From Eledone cirrhosa (Eukaryota), in the NCBI GenBank assembly GCA_964016885.1, contig OZ024754.1, forward strand, positions 39,928,001 to 39,992,000: a stretch of 64,000 bases of DNA, read 5' to 3'. Below, in pieces: positions 18,965 to 32,625 of this stretch. The notes beneath the pieces were generated by a model. It was not told the DNA's origin and ran no database searches. It was given only the letters and a program-made list of their open reading frames with translations. Numbering within the stretch: position 1 is the stretch's first letter; each line of letters begins with the position of its first letter. Both the position numbers and the translations under genes were made by a program.

Positions 18965-19473
18965 ACATACACACACACACACGTATATATATATGTATAT
19001 ATATATACACACACAGACAAAATATACATATATTAAGTGTATGTGTATGTACACACACACACATATATATATGTATATATATACACACACACACACAGAC
19101 AAAATATACATATATTAAGTGTATGTGTATGTACACACACACACATATATATATGTATATATATACACACACACACACAGACAAAATATACATATATTAA
19201 GTGTATGTGTATGTACACACACACACACATATATATATATGTATATATATACACACACACACACACATACAAAATATACATATATTAAGTGTATGTGTAT
19301 GTACACACACACACACATATATATATATGTATATATATACACACACACACACAGACAAAATATACATATATTAAGTGTATGTGTATGTACACACACACAC
19401 ACATATATATATATGTATATATATACACACACACACACAGACAAAATATACATATATTAAGTGTATGTGTATG

Positions 19474-19495
<22 letters not shown>
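18965..19495. repeat. ~85-bp compound CA/TA tandem repeat, ~6 copies
   Basis: Recurring CAAAATATACATATATTAAGTGTATGTGTATG anchor. Confidence 0.9.
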
Positions 19496-19525
<30 letters not shown>

Positions 19526-19574
19526 ACTGAGAAATTGTACCTTCAATTCCCTTTATATATATCTGTCTATCTAT

Positions 19575-19604
<30 letters not shown>

Positions 19605-19608
<4 letters not shown>

Positions 19609-19797
19609 GTTATTCCGGGTTGAATCGGAGGTAACCACAGTAAGTAAGGTACTCAATACATAGCAGAGTATAAAAGTTTTAATATAGGTGAGATTCTACA
19701 GGACTAGAACTGTTTCATTCATTAGAAATCATCACGATTCCTGATGATTTCTAATGAATGAAACAGTTCTAGTCCTGTAGAATCTCACCTATATTAA

Positions 19798-19801
<4 letters not shown>
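19605..19801. mobile_element. Fold-back Penelope-like insert (family also at 36486-36662, 58480-58585, 58783-58868)
   Basis: 60-bp inverted arms 19675-19734 and 19742-19801; flanked by (TA)n on both sides. Confidence 0.8.
19736..19784 (+). ncRNA. Type-I hammerhead ribozyme
   Basis: GATTC-CTGATGA-t[TTC taat GAA]t-GAAA-CAG ttctagtc CTG-TA^GAATC. Confidence 0.75.
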
Positions 19802-19849
<48 letters not shown>

Positions 19850-19851
19850 GA

Positions 19852-19935
19852 GGTCTGACAAGCTTTTGATTCCAGAATCGGCCAGATCAATACAGATCAA
19901 ACCTTGAGCTGATCAGTGGTGAAACACGTGTCACC
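19852..19935 (+). ncRNA. Degenerate hammerhead (CTGACAA core, long stem II); 3' half also at 56061-56098 minus
   Basis: GGT-CTGACAA-[GCTTTTGAT...ATCAGTGGT]-GAAA-CACGTG-TC^ACC. Confidence 0.45.
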
Positions 19936-19978
19936 AACCAATAAATGTAATGAAGGAGTAACGAATCGTCCTTTTATT

Positions 19979-20049
<71 letters not shown>

Positions 20050-20153
20050 ATATATAGACAAATGTGTATGCATGTATATAAATTAGATACAAATAAATGG
20101 ACATTTATGGACAAAATACATTTAGGAAGTTACAGGCAGATTTTGTCAAAAGG

Positions 20154-20193
<40 letters not shown>

Positions 20194-20694
20194 CTCATGT
20201 GAGTGTATATAGCAGTGCATAGAGTGTCTAACACTTCTTTGCTAACTCCTTACAAGCTCACATAGATTTATACACACACACATATATATATATACTACAC
20301 ATATATACTTCTCAAATACACACACACACACACACACTAACAGAACTGATTCAAGCTCCCTTCCACCCCACCATCCACTATATTTTACCTGACAGGAGAT
20401 AACCCCCCCCCCCCGCCAAAAAAACAACAACAAAAAACAAACAAACAAACAATTCTCATTTGAAATGTCTGATGGAATATAAGAAAGAATGAAAAGGTAA
20501 ATGGGAGGTGGAGCAGAGCAGTTCTGGTGGTGCTCCAGTATGGCCACAGCCAAAACCAGAATGAATAGAAGCACTCCTCCTACACTATGAAATTAAAAAC
20601 ATGTTAGCCTTTTTTTTTTTTTTTCCTTTCTTTCTTTTTTTTTTTCCTTTCTTTCTCTCTCTGTCTCATCTCTAATATTTGACATGTCTTTAAA

Positions 20695-21186
20695 TTATTT
20701 CATTTTTATATGACCATTCATGCCTTGGTAGCGTGCTGAATCCATATATGGCCCCCAGTATAGATGATGAGTATAGAATATCAGGATTTTTTCTGTAAGG
20801 ATGCCACCAAAGAACCACAAAGGGGCATATTCAAGTGTCACTAAGCCCATAATGTCCCAGTCAAAATTATCATAATCCCAAGGGCAGGCATCAAAACATG
20901 TTAGTATATAACCGGTACTGAATTCCCACAAGTAAGTCCACAACATATAAATAAGTCCTCGGAACAGCAACGGTACTGTGTCCTGTAAGTGGTAATGAAT
21001 CTGTTCAACGACAAGGATGGCAACTCCGTAAATAAGCAAAGACCAGACACTCGTGTTTCCCGGGAACTTCACGTTCATATTGACGACAAACTCCCAGGCT
21101 GCTGTGAACATCACTTCAATAAAATAGCCATGGATTGCATAGATATAAAACCTCATAGGTAACGATAGTGCTATATGTTGATGCAT
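20695..21186 (-). CDS. TMEM229B: Transmembrane protein 229B-like, 163 aa (MHQHIALSLPMRFYIYAIHG...GHIKMK), CDS in one exon
   Basis: Motifs RFYIYAIHGYFIEVMFTAAWEF, FPGNTSVWSLLIYG, YLWEFSTG, CPWDY and GLVTLEYAPLWF are characteristic of TMEM229B. A polypyrimidine-AG acceptor (minus strand ttttaatttctttttcag, AG at 21238-21237) precedes the ATG at 21186, so the longer 21270 ORF start is intronic. Confidence 0.92.
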   Translation of the reverse strand: MHQHIALSLPMRFYIYAIHGYFIEVMFTAAWEFVVNMNVKFPGNTSVWSLLIYGVAILVVEQIHYHLQDTVPLLFRGLIYMLWTYLWEFSTGYILTCFDACPWDYDNFDWDIMGLVTLEYAPLWFFGGILTEKILIFYTHHLYWGPYMDSARYQGMNGHIKMK

Positions 21187-21422
21187 TATTGTATGCCAGT
21201 TATTGCGATGACGAGCGAAGAGACTCTCTGAAGAATCTGAAAAAGAAATTAAAAATGTATATAGACTCAATAAATATATATATATATATATGCAAAAGTT
21301 CTATTTAAAATTGTTGGGATACAACAAGTAAATATTTTTATAACTGATATAAAGCACTCGACAAGTTTTTGGAGTAGATATACGATATTAATAAATGGAA
21401 ACTATATTTATAAAACCATATT

Positions 21423-21487
21423 TATTTCATTATACATATTTCAGGGATACCACATTAAATTATGGTATGCCTTCATCAGACAAAATA
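21423..21487 (-). ncRNA. Type-I hammerhead, intronic and sense to TMEM229B
   Basis: TATTTTGT-CTGATGA-[AGGcATACCA taatttaatg TGGTATcCCT]-GAAA-TATGTA-TA^ATGAAATA; 34-bp inverted arms at 21476-21509 and 21585-21618. Confidence 0.8.
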
Positions 21488-22390
21488 CAATATATAACAG
21501 TTTTACAAATAAGCTTTGACGTACCCTATTAAAATGCAACCATTGTTTTTGGAAGTCATCCGGATAGTGAATTGTTTATATAACTTTGTAAAACTGTTAT
21601 ATATTGTATTTTGTCTGAGTACTTGTTATGAGAGAGAGAGAGAGAGAGAGAGAGGGGGAGAGAGAGAGAGTGAGAGAGAGAGTACTTTATTTACTGACCT
21701 TGAAAGGATGATGAAATGCAAAGTTGAACATTGTCAGGTGCAGAGTTAACACTGCATACACAATGAGGGACACACGCAAAGAATTGACCCTAGTAGTGGA
21801 CTGGTATTTTATTTATTATTCATTGACCTCAAAAGGATGAAAAGCAAAGTTGATTTTGGTGAGAGTTGAACTCAAAAGTTCAGAGGAGTGAGAAGAAGAC
21901 ATTCTCCATCATTCTAACAAACTCTGCCAATTCACTGTCTATGACCAGAACATTTAATGATATCGGCTTTCCACAGCTTTGATGGAATAGACAGCTCTGC
22001 TCAGACATGTTTATGACCAAGAGAGGTATAGTAGAAACATCTACCATAGCAACAAACTGTCACTCACTACACTATTGTTCAACTATAATATATTCTCCTT
22101 AACCCTTTCATTTCCATATTCCTAATGAAATACACTGCCTATCACTTAATGTTGAAAATAACAATAAATTTTGAGGAATTTAATAAAATAACTAAGTTTT
22201 TCATTAGTAAGCTGATATTTAGTAAGTACCAATATCTCTAAAATATCTAGTAAGTAAGAATTTAATAAGATAACTAAGTTTTTGATTAGCAAGCTGATAT
22301 TTAGTAAGTACCAATATCTCTAAAATATCTAGTAAGTAAGAATTTAATAAGATAACTAAGTTTTTGATTAGCAAGCTGATATTTAGTAAG

Positions 22391-22562
22391 TACCATATTT
22401 CCCGGCGCCGAAGATGCTTTGTTCTTGAGGACGCACCCTAATTTTGACAACTAAAAATTTGACAAAAAATAATAAACAACCTTCGGCCTCCAAGACGCAT
22501 GGTAGATTTTTGAGACTTATTTTAGGAAAAAAGTAGTGTCTTCGACGCTGGGAAATATGGTA
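22391..22562. mobile_element. Tc1/mariner-superfamily MITE
   Basis: TA + TIR CCATATTTCCCGGCGCCGAAGA ... TCTTCGACGCTGGGAAATATGG + TA; sits in an 82-bp tandem repeat (22177-22650). Confidence 0.85.
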
Positions 22563-23378
22563 CTTATATTTCTAAAATATTTAGTAAGTAAGAATTTAAT
22601 AAAATAACTAAGTTTTTTATTAGTAAGCTGATGTTTAGTAAGTATTAATATTTCTAAAATTAAATTATGAGGGGAAGATTTTAATATAAAGATAAACATT
22701 TGAAAATGAACTTTGTATCATAAATCTAGAGCAGTTTCATTCAGTTTCATTGGTATTTTCAATAAATTGACGTGATTCAACCAAATAATTAGAAATAAAC
22801 AGCATTCTGTATTTCACTTGGAAATATAGGTCAGGGCTTATACCACCCACCTCTCTACCATCATCACATAACATTCCCCCCCCCCTCTGCCATCATTACA
22901 TGTCTCCCCCACCTCTGTCATCATCATATAACATTCCCATCATCATACAGTTGAGCACACACATCACCCTACCATCACAGTACATTGACCCCTGATTCTT
23001 ACTAGTCAACACATCTCAGCTGCCCCCACACCCGCCATTTGCATCATGACACTATTAAACACCCCCACCTTCTCATTAAATAGCCACAAAACTGGCAGAG
23101 TTGTTAGAGTGCAGGATGGACTATCTGTTCTTATTTGTTTCAGCTCGCCGAACTCAGAGTTCAAATCCCACCAGTGAAAGGTAAAGCTGACCCCATGACA
23201 AAGTTAAAGATGGCAAATTTGAAATCAGAAGATAAAGAGACCCTAGCTAAATATTATAAAACATTTAGTTTGGCTATACTCATTCAGCCATTCCACCACC
23301 CTGCAAAATATGTCACTCCACTAGGTTAGCAGATATGAAAACATCAAATCAGTTTTGCAGAGGAAGAAGTAAATATAT

Positions 23379-23835
23379 GAGCCTAGAAACATGAATGGCA
23401 AAGTTGAGCCTAGAGATATGGATGGTAAAGTTGAGTCTAGGGATATAAACGGCAAAGTTGAGCCTAGAGATATGAATGGTAAAGTTGAGTCTAGAGATAT
23501 AAACGGCAAAGTTGAGCCTAGAGACATGGATGGCAAAGTTGAGCCTAGAGACATGGAGAGCAAAGTTGAGCCTAGAGACATGGAGAGCAAAGTTGAGCCT
23601 AGAGACATGGATGGTAAAGTTGAACCTAGAGACATGGAGAGCAAAGTTGAGCCTAGAAATATGAACGGCAAAGTTGAGCCTAGAGATATGAATGGTAAAG
23701 TTGAGCCTAGAGATATGAACGGCAAAGTTGAGCCTAGAGATATGCACGGCAAAGTTGAACCTTGAGATATGAACGGCAAAGTTGAGCCTAGAGACATGAA
23801 CGGCAAAGTTGAGCCAAAAGATATGAACGGCAAAA
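23379..23835. repeat. 27-bp minisatellite, ~16 copies
   Basis: Unit AAAGTTGAGCCTAGAGAYATGRAYGGC. Confidence 0.93.
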
Positions 23836-24819
23836 TTGGAAAACATGAAAATGATGATCATTATATATGTGTGTATAATTTCCAAAAAGATTTAACTCAT
23901 AACAGAAAATGTAAAAAAAAAAAAAGATTAATTAAATAAAAAGAGAGGCTTGTTATTTTAAATATCTATAAGAAATTAAGAGAAAAGGTGGAGGTTGTTA
24001 ATTCAAATATCTACGAGTTAAAATACATACAAAAACATCTTTACTCTACATCTCTCAGATCCTGGATAGTGTGTAAACTATTATACTAAAGAGCCACAAG
24101 CCACCATTTCCATTTTTTTAGAAGATTTTAATCCTGCAGCTAGAACTGTAAACAAAACAGTTGACTTCAGGAGTATTGGGAACATTTGTGCCCTAGATGA
24201 GATAACTCGTAACAGTTCATAACTTCAAAGCTAGATGGGGTTACTAGTTTATTGATGTGATGTTTGTCAATCATTCAGACATGTGTTCTTAATAAATGTC
24301 TGTTTAAAAAAAATAGTCATTTTACTGTCCAGTGATTCTTTCCTGAGACATTCTAACCACATGTCTGTAAGTATCAGAGCTGTGATCGCTCAATTCGAAG
24401 AAGTAGAGATTAAATATATGTTTATTAAAAATATTGAATATGTCTTCTGTATACATACATATACACACATGCACACACACACAAGTACACATACACAAAC
24501 AGGCTTCCACACTGTTTTGTCTACCAAAATTCACTCATAAAACACTGGCCAGCCTGGTCCGATGCATTTGATATATTTCTATGTCGCTATATACTCATCA
24601 TCATCATCGTTTAATGTCCATTTTCCACGCTAGCATGGGTTAGATGGGTTTGTCCCATTTAGAGGCAAGTTGTGTCCGGGGACCTTGTCTTGCTCATATA
24701 GGACAGCTTCTCGCTGGTTTTCTACGACTGGATGCCCTACCTCAATCGGTAAATTTCTATATCAAACTCCCGACCTTACAATCATGATCTCTACAACCAA
24801 ACCACAAAGCTATGTACCG

Positions 24820-25950
24820 TCACTATTGTTAGTACTGCCACTAGTCACTATGTTAGTACCGCCACTAGTCACTATGTTAGTATCGCCACTAGTCTCTATG
24901 TTAGTACCGACACTAGTCACTATTGTTAGTACCACCACTAGTCTCTATTGTTAGTACCACCACTAGTCACTATGTTAGTACTGCCACTAATCACTATGTT
25001 AGTACTGCCACTAGTCTCTATTGTTAGTACCACCACTAGTCACTATTGTTAGTACTGCCACTAGTCTCTATTGTTAGTACCACCACTAGTCACTATGTTA
25101 GTACTGCCACTAGTCACTATGTTAGTACTGCCACTAGTCACTATGTTAGTACCGCCACTAGTCACTATGTTAGTATCGCCACTAGTCTCTATGTTAGTAC
25201 CGACACTAGTCACTATTGTTAGTACCACCACTAGTCTCTATTGTTAGTACCACCACTAGTCACTATGTTAGTACTGCCACTAGTCACTATGTTAGTACTG
25301 CCACTAGTCTCTATTGTTAGTACCACCACTAGTCACTATTGTTAGTACTGCCACTAATCACTATGTTAGTACCGCCACTAGTCACTATGTTAGTACCACC
25401 ACTAGTCACTATGTTAGTACCGCCACTAATCACTATGTTAGTACTGACACTAGTCTCTATGTTAGTACTGCCACTAGTCACTATGTTAGTACTGACACTA
25501 GTCTCTATGTTAGTACCACCACTAGTCTCTATGTTAGTACTGCCACTAGTCACTATGTTAGTACTGACACTAGTCTCTATGTTAGTACCACCACTAGTCT
25601 CTATGTTAGTACTGCCACTAGTCACTATGTTAGTACTGACACTAGTCTCTATGTTAGTACCGCCACTAGTCTCTATGTTAGTACTGCCACTAGTCACTAT
25701 GTTAGTACTGACACTAGTCTCTATGTTAGTACTGACACTAGTCTCTATGTTAGTACTGACACTAGTCTCTATGTTAGTACCACCACTAGTCTCTATGTTA
25801 GTACTGCCACTAGTCACTATGTTAGTACTGACACTAGTCTCTATGTTAGTACCACCACTAGTCTCTATGTTAGTACTGCCACTAGTCACTATGTTAGTAC
25901 TGACACTAGTCTCTATGTTAGTACCGCCACTAGTCAGTATGTTAGTACCG
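24820..25950. repeat. 24-bp minisatellite, ~46 copies
   Basis: Unit GTTAGTACYRMCACTAGTCWCTAT. Confidence 0.95.
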
Positions 25951-26074
25951 AGAGAGAACCTACATATGATGTTTTACAGCTCTAGATTGTTGTTGTTGTT
26001 GTTAATCTCTTATCTGCCGCCATTATCTCCTTTTTTATCTATTTGGCAATATATATTTATTGGGATTGTTTTAT

Positions 26075-26084
26075 ACCACCTCCA

Positions 26085-26115
<31 letters not shown>

Positions 26116-26865
26116 AACTACTACTACCACTACTACTACTACCACCTCCACTACCACTACTACTACTACTACTACTACCACTACCACTACTACTACTACC
26201 ACAACTACTACTACTACCACCTCCACTACTACTACCACTACTACTACTACTACCACCTCCACTACCACTACTACTACTACCACTACCACTACTACCACTA
26301 CTACTACTACTACCACTACTACAACTACTACTACCACCTCCACTACTACTACCACTACTACTACTACCACCTCCACTACTACTACCACCTCCACTACTAC
26401 TACCACTACTACCACCTCCACTACTACCACTACTACTACTACCACCTCCACTACTACTACCACTACTACCACCTCCACTACTACTACCACTACTACTACT
26501 ACCACTACTACTACTACCACCTCCACTACTACTACCACTACTACTTCTACCACCTCCACTACTACTACCACTACTACTTCTACCACCTCCACTACTACTA
26601 CCACTACTACTTCTACCACCTCCACTACTACTACCACCTCCACCACTAATATTACCACCACTACTGCCATAACCAGCATCAGTACAATTATTACCACCAC
26701 CACCACTTACTATCACCACCACCAACACTTACTATCACCACTATCACCACCGCCACCGCCACTTACTATCACCACCACCACCACCACTTACTATCACCAC
26801 CACCACCACCACCACCACCACCACCACTTACTATCACCACCACCACTTACTATCACCACCACCAC
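26075..26865. repeat. (CTA)/(CCA) trinucleotide field
   Basis: Direct reading. Confidence 0.95.
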
Positions 26866-26930
26866 CCGTATGTGAAAGGGTTGAGGGTGAGTCACAGATA
26901 TGGAGAGTGTGTGTATGTAATATAAATATG

Positions 26931-26968
<38 letters not shown>

Positions 26969-28131
26969 AGTGTATGTATATGTCTGTGTATGTGCAAGAA
27001 AGTAGCCAGTCTATTAAGTTTAAACTGTACTAAACATATCATTAGCGAAGTCCTCATTCGGCCACAGTGGCCAACATAAAAATCATTATTATCCTTATTA
27101 TCTGTTGTTGTTTTATAGTAATTCTATAACAGTTATTATTATAGTCTATTTCTGGCTATACTGATTGGTAATTTAATAATTGTCAGATACCGACAACTGC
27201 AGAATACAGGAAATAACTAATTAGTTAGTAGCTTATACTAAAAACACTAATACATGACCCTATTTCTGAACCCTCTAGTTATCAACCTGACCACAACTGG
27301 CTCTGGTTCTATGAAATAAAACCACACATTTTAACCCTTTAGTTACCAACTCGGCCAAAACCAGCTTTGGTTCTATGAAATAAAATTATACATTTTAACC
27401 CTTTAGTTACCAACCCACCCAAAACCAGGTCTGCTTCTATGAAATAAAACCACCCATTCTAAAGGTTTCCAATTTAAATAAAAAATCTTCCAACATAAAA
27501 TTTTATATAAGTATTATTACATTAAGTTACTATCTTAGTAAGGAAATAATTAATAATTTTATTAAAACCAGCTCTGGTTCTATGAAATATAACTACCCAG
27601 TTTAAAAGTCTCCATCATAATTTTATATAAGAACCTTACATTAAGTTACTATCTTAGTAATGAAATAATAATTTTGTAAAACCAGCTCTGGTTCTATGAA
27701 ATAAAACCACCAATTTTAAAGGTTTTCAATTTAAATTAAAATTTTCCAACATAATTTTATATAAAAACCTTACATTAAGTTATCTTAGTTATGAAATAAT
27801 TAATAAATTTAGTAAATTCTTTTAAATTCTTCGTTAATTAATTAAAATAGAGCGTATTATTTTAGAAATGCAATCATGAAAGTTTTAACCAACAGTATAA
27901 GTACCATTCATTTGTTTTTTTGTCAAACTTTAACTTCTAACAACTTGTACCACATAGAACGACATTGGCAAGACATTCTTGAAAAGTACCAAACATCACA
28001 TTAAATATTGATGTCTTTACTTTAATACAGCAACATTTCACAATCTGTCCACTAATACAGACACTGTAGACATTTAAATTAATAAACCTATTTTGAACAA
28101 AACTTGTTTATGTTATGTTTCAAAGATGAAC

Positions 28132-28556
28132 TTAACCCTTTAGCATTTAAACCGGCCATATCCGATCAGAATTCTCTCATTTCTTTCTGTTCAAACCAGC
28201 TGTAATTGGCTGCTTATACTGACGGTAAGGTATTGTTCTCAAAATAAATAATATCAAAATCTCATAGCTTTGATATTATGTGGGATAATTATGTGAGGTA
28301 AAGCCTTTACTGTGAAAATACAATAGTATATATACAGAATAATTGTTTCTACTTTTTGGCACAAGGCCAGCAATTACCCAGTGCATTACTGGTACTTTAT
28401 TTTATCGACCCCGTAAGGATGAAAGGCAAAGTTAACCTCGGCGGGATTTGAACTCAGAATGGCAAGGGCTGTAACTCTGTGCGTCAAAGCATGGCGTCCA
28501 ACCCTCTACCGATACTGCCAATCCACTATAGAATAATGTAAATGCTAAAGGGTTAA
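28132..28556. mobile_element. piggyBac-type MITE with nested SINE A; other copies 31949-32148 and 46197-46452
   Basis: TTAA-CCCTTTAGCATTTA...TAAATGCTAAAGGG-TTAA; the nested SINE is flanked by an AGAATAAT duplication. Confidence 0.88.
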
Positions 28557-28856
28557 TAATGAGAAAATTAGTTATATTACAAAATCTCTCTAAAGTCTTG
28601 ATTATTTTCAAAATTATTTCAACACAGGTATTGTCATCATTTCATTTTACATCCGCTGTTTCTCTTCTTGCAAGGGTGTCATTCTTTAGAAATATGGTAA
28701 CAAAAGGGTTCAAGCACTAGGGTACAATTTTAGGGAGTTTTGGCTGCTATTTTTAACAAAGAACAGCTATATAAAGGGCTTCTTTTGTTGACATATTGAT
28801 AGCTGTATAGACAGTAAATGTGGCAAACACTAGTGCAGAGTATGTAAAACTAATTG

Positions 28857-29833
28857 GCAATGGTGGTGGTGGTAGTGGTGGTGGTGATAGTAATGTTGTT
28901 ATTGTTGGTGGTGGCAATGGTGGTAGAGATGGTAGTGATGGTGGTGTTATTGTTGAAGGTGGTGTTGTTGTTGGTGGTGATAGAGTTGTTGTTGATGGTG
29001 GTGGTGTTAGAGGTGGTGGTGGTGATAGAGTTGTTGTTGTTGTTGATGGTGGTGGTGGTGGTGGTGGTGATAGAGTTGTTGATGGTGGTGGTGGTGTTAG
29101 AGGTGATAGAGTTGTTGTTGTTGTTGATGGTGGTGGTGTTAGGGGTGGTGGTGGTGATAGAGGTATTGTTGTTGTTGATGGTGGTGGTGTTGGTGATAGA
29201 GTTGTTGATGGTGGTGGTGGTGTTAGAGGTGGTGGTGGTGGTGATAGAGGTATTGTTGTTGTTGGTGGTGGTGGTGGTGGTGGTGATAGAGTTGTTGATG
29301 GTGGTGGTGGTGTTAGAGGTGATAGAGTTGTTGTTGTTGTTGATGGTGGTGGTGTTAGGGGTGGTGGTGGTGATAGAGGTATTGTTGTTGTTGATGGTGG
29401 TGGTGTTGGTGATAGAGTTGTTGATGGTGGTGGTGGTGTTAGAGGTGGTGGTGGTGGTGATAGAGGTATTGTTGTTGTTGGTGGTGGTGGTGTTAGAGGT
29501 GGTGATAGAGGTATTGTTGTTGTTGATGGTGGTGGTGGTGATAGAGTTGTTGTTGTTGATGGTGGTGGTGTTAGGGGTGGTGGTGGTGATAGAGGTATTG
29601 TTGTTGTTGATGGTGGTGGTGTTGGTGATAGAGTTGTTGATGGTGGTGGTGGTGTTAGAGGTGGTGGTGGTGATAGAGGTATTGTTGTTGTTGTTGATGG
29701 TGGTGGTGGTGTTAGAGGTGGTGGTGGTGATAGAGTTGTTGTTGTTGTTGGTGGTGGTGGTGGTGTTAGAGGTGGTGGTGGTGGTGATAGAGGTATTTTT
29801 GTTGTTGTTGATGGTGGTGGTGGTGTTGTTATT
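28857..29833. repeat. (GGT)/(GTT) cryptic trinucleotide minisatellite
   Basis: GGT and GTT runs punctuated by GATAGAG and GTTAGA. Confidence 0.93.
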
Positions 29834-30689
29834 GATGGACCTGCCTTCATTGATCTCAATGACGAACATTCAATTAGTTGAACAAATAAACAAACAAAAA
29901 AATATATTACTCTGGTTCATTAATCATATTTGTATATTAACAAAATTATGAACAACCTGTTTTTCAAGACATTCAATCATTAATATGAATTTTCCAAGGC
30001 CAGAGATAATACTTGTAAAAACTCATGGCACCCTATGTACTATGTATGGTGTGTCTATGCACAGAAGCAGAAGAGACAAAATAAGTAGACCTCTGTCAGC
30101 CTTGACGAGTTGTTAGATCGTCAGATAGAATGTTTTGCAGTGTTTGGTATTCGTCTTGGCTCTCTGTGCAGTCTGGGTTCAAATCCTGCCACGGTCAACT
30201 GAGACAGAGAGAGGGGACGGTAGATATAAGAGCTAAACTGCCCTCTTCAAATTTGATAATGTAATCTTTAATAAACAAAACAGTAATGGCGATTTACACT
30301 TTTATTTTTCATATTTCAGGGGTTGGATGCCATTTTCAAAAGGAATATAAAGTCTAGTGCTGCAGTTCACTCATCTGGCAAAAATGAGCTGTATTTGTAA
30401 TTTGAAGGATTAGCCTTATCACATCCTGCATAATGCTGAATCTACCTGAGAACTATATTAAGGATAGGTGTCTGTGGAATTGCTCAGTTGATCGTATCAA
30501 CTGGAACACTCATTGTAAAATGTGCGTGTGTGGGTGTGTGTGTGTGTGTATGTGTGTCAGTGTGTGGGAGAGAGTGTGTGTGTTTGTGTATGTGTGTCAG
30601 TGTGGGAGAGAGTGAGTGTGTGTGTGTGTATGTGTGCCAGTGTGGGAGAGAGTGAGTGTGTGTATGTGTGTGTCAGTGTGTGTGTGTTT

Positions 30690-30952
30690 ATGTAATCCAA
30701 GATGGTGTGCAGGAGAGAAGATTGAGTTGATACAGATATTGTAACGAGAATGGATGATAATCGCTGGGTGAAGAAGTGGTAGGAAATCCCAGTGGAATGA
30801 AGCTGCAGTGAAGGTAGACCAAAGAAGACCTGGGCAGCAGTTGTGAAAGCTGACCTCAAATCGCTGAGACTCACAGAAGAGATGACAGAAGAACACAGCG
30901 AGTGGAAAGATGCAAGCGTGAAAAAACTGGATATAAAAACGATGATGATGAT
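30690..30952 (+). mobile_element. Degenerate RTE 3' fragment
   Basis: GRPKKTWAAVVKADLKSLRLTEEMT plus (GAT)n tail. Similar decayed copies at ~14240-14643 (+) and ~31455-31745 (-). Confidence 0.75.
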
Positions 30953-32586
30953 GTCTTGTAATTTAGTGCTTCGACAAAATGAAATCAATATAAGTATCAT
31001 ACTTGTAAAAAATAAAACAAAGAATGTGATTGATATGATTGACTAAATCCCCTTTAAGCCAGTGCCCCAGCATAGCCACAGTCTAATGAGTAAAACTAGT
31101 AAAAGAATAAAAGATTGCAGTTATGTATATATGTGTAATATGAGAGAGAAATGCACTATTTCACACCACTGTACTAACTGCCCTCTAAGTGGTACCCTAT
31201 GTATGTTATACCAATTAAATTCTAATGGGTTATCTGGTTATCTGTTTGTTTGTCAGTCGATAATCTAGATTCATTACTTCAGTTGGCTTGAAAGGTTAAA
31301 AACTACATAAATTAAAGAAAATAGAGCAGATAGATAACAAAATCAGTTTATCATGCTTGAGAATTTTGATCAACATAATTTTATACAATAGTTTTTTTTA
31401 ATCCAGATCAACTTTAACCCTTTCGTAACCATTTCTCTAATGAAATAAACTCGTCATTATCATTTTATATCTGATCTTCCATTCTAGCATGGGTTGAATT
31501 GATTCTTTTCAGCACAGCCTCTTTCCACTTGCAGTGCTCTTTTATCATCTCCTCTGTGAGGTTCAGCATTCTGAGATCAGTTCTAACAACCTCAGCTCAG
31601 ACCTTTCTCAGTTTTTCTTCTTCTGCAGCCTTCTTTCACTAGCATCACTTAGCAATTCTTTGCCCAGTAACAATCATCCATATGCATCACATGTTCATAC
31701 CACTGCAGTCATCTCCTTTGCACTCTACATCTGATTCCTCTCCTCTCAGTTCATGCACACCAATTAATTAATAAAGAATTTGGAAAGATTTTCTAAAATT
31801 ATTAATTATTTCATTATTAAGATGGTATTTGTAACATAACAAAAAGTTCTATTGGGAGATTTGAATTTAAATAAGAATACTTAAATATGAATGACTGTCT
31901 ATTTTGACTCTTAACATGCTGCCAGTCTGAGAGATAGAATAATTTACTTTAACCCTTTAGCATTTACATTACTCTATATTTACTATTGTATTTTCAGAGT
32001 AAAGGATTTATCTCACATAATATTGAATCTATGAGATTTTGATGTTATTTATTTTGAGAACAGTACCTTAATGTAGGTATGAGTTACCAGTTACAGCAGG
32101 TTTGAGAATTCTGGCCGGATACAGCTGGTTTAAATGCTAAAGGGTTAATAGCCTCTCTTAAGATTTGATTTTTTTTTTTATGCTTCATTTTGGATGGAGG
32201 GATGACTCAAGAAGATTTCTCTTAATAAGATTCCCCACATCCTCCTCTACTTTAGTTATTGTTGTAGTAGTTGTTATTGTCATACCACTAATACTATAGT
32301 TGTTGTCAGTATAACATAGACCCCTCTTGTTGAACTGACCAATCAAAACTTCACTAGATGGGAGGGAAGACAGCTATCAAATGATGTTGCTGCTGATGAT
32401 GATGAAGTGTGTGTGCGTTTATGAACAGATTAACAACTTACATTTTCATATAAACAATAAATACTTTTTTTTACAATCAGAGTCATAACACTTATTACCT
32501 GTAAAGACGACTATATAGAAACAGAAGAGTACTTAAGTTTAAGTTATGGTTCTCTCACTCTCAAGTAGAAACATTAACAATTGCCA

Positions 32587-32625
<39 letters not shown>

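Noticed and set aside
21187-21270. N-terminal extension of the TMEM229B ORF
   Set aside because: It starts at a non-ATG codon and runs through a clear splice acceptor, so it is intron plus 5' UTR unless an unseen upstream coding exon exists.
25314-29951. Long Thr-, Val-, Pro- and Gly-rich ORFs
   Set aside because: They are open in several frames on both strands and arise from 24-bp and trinucleotide repeats.
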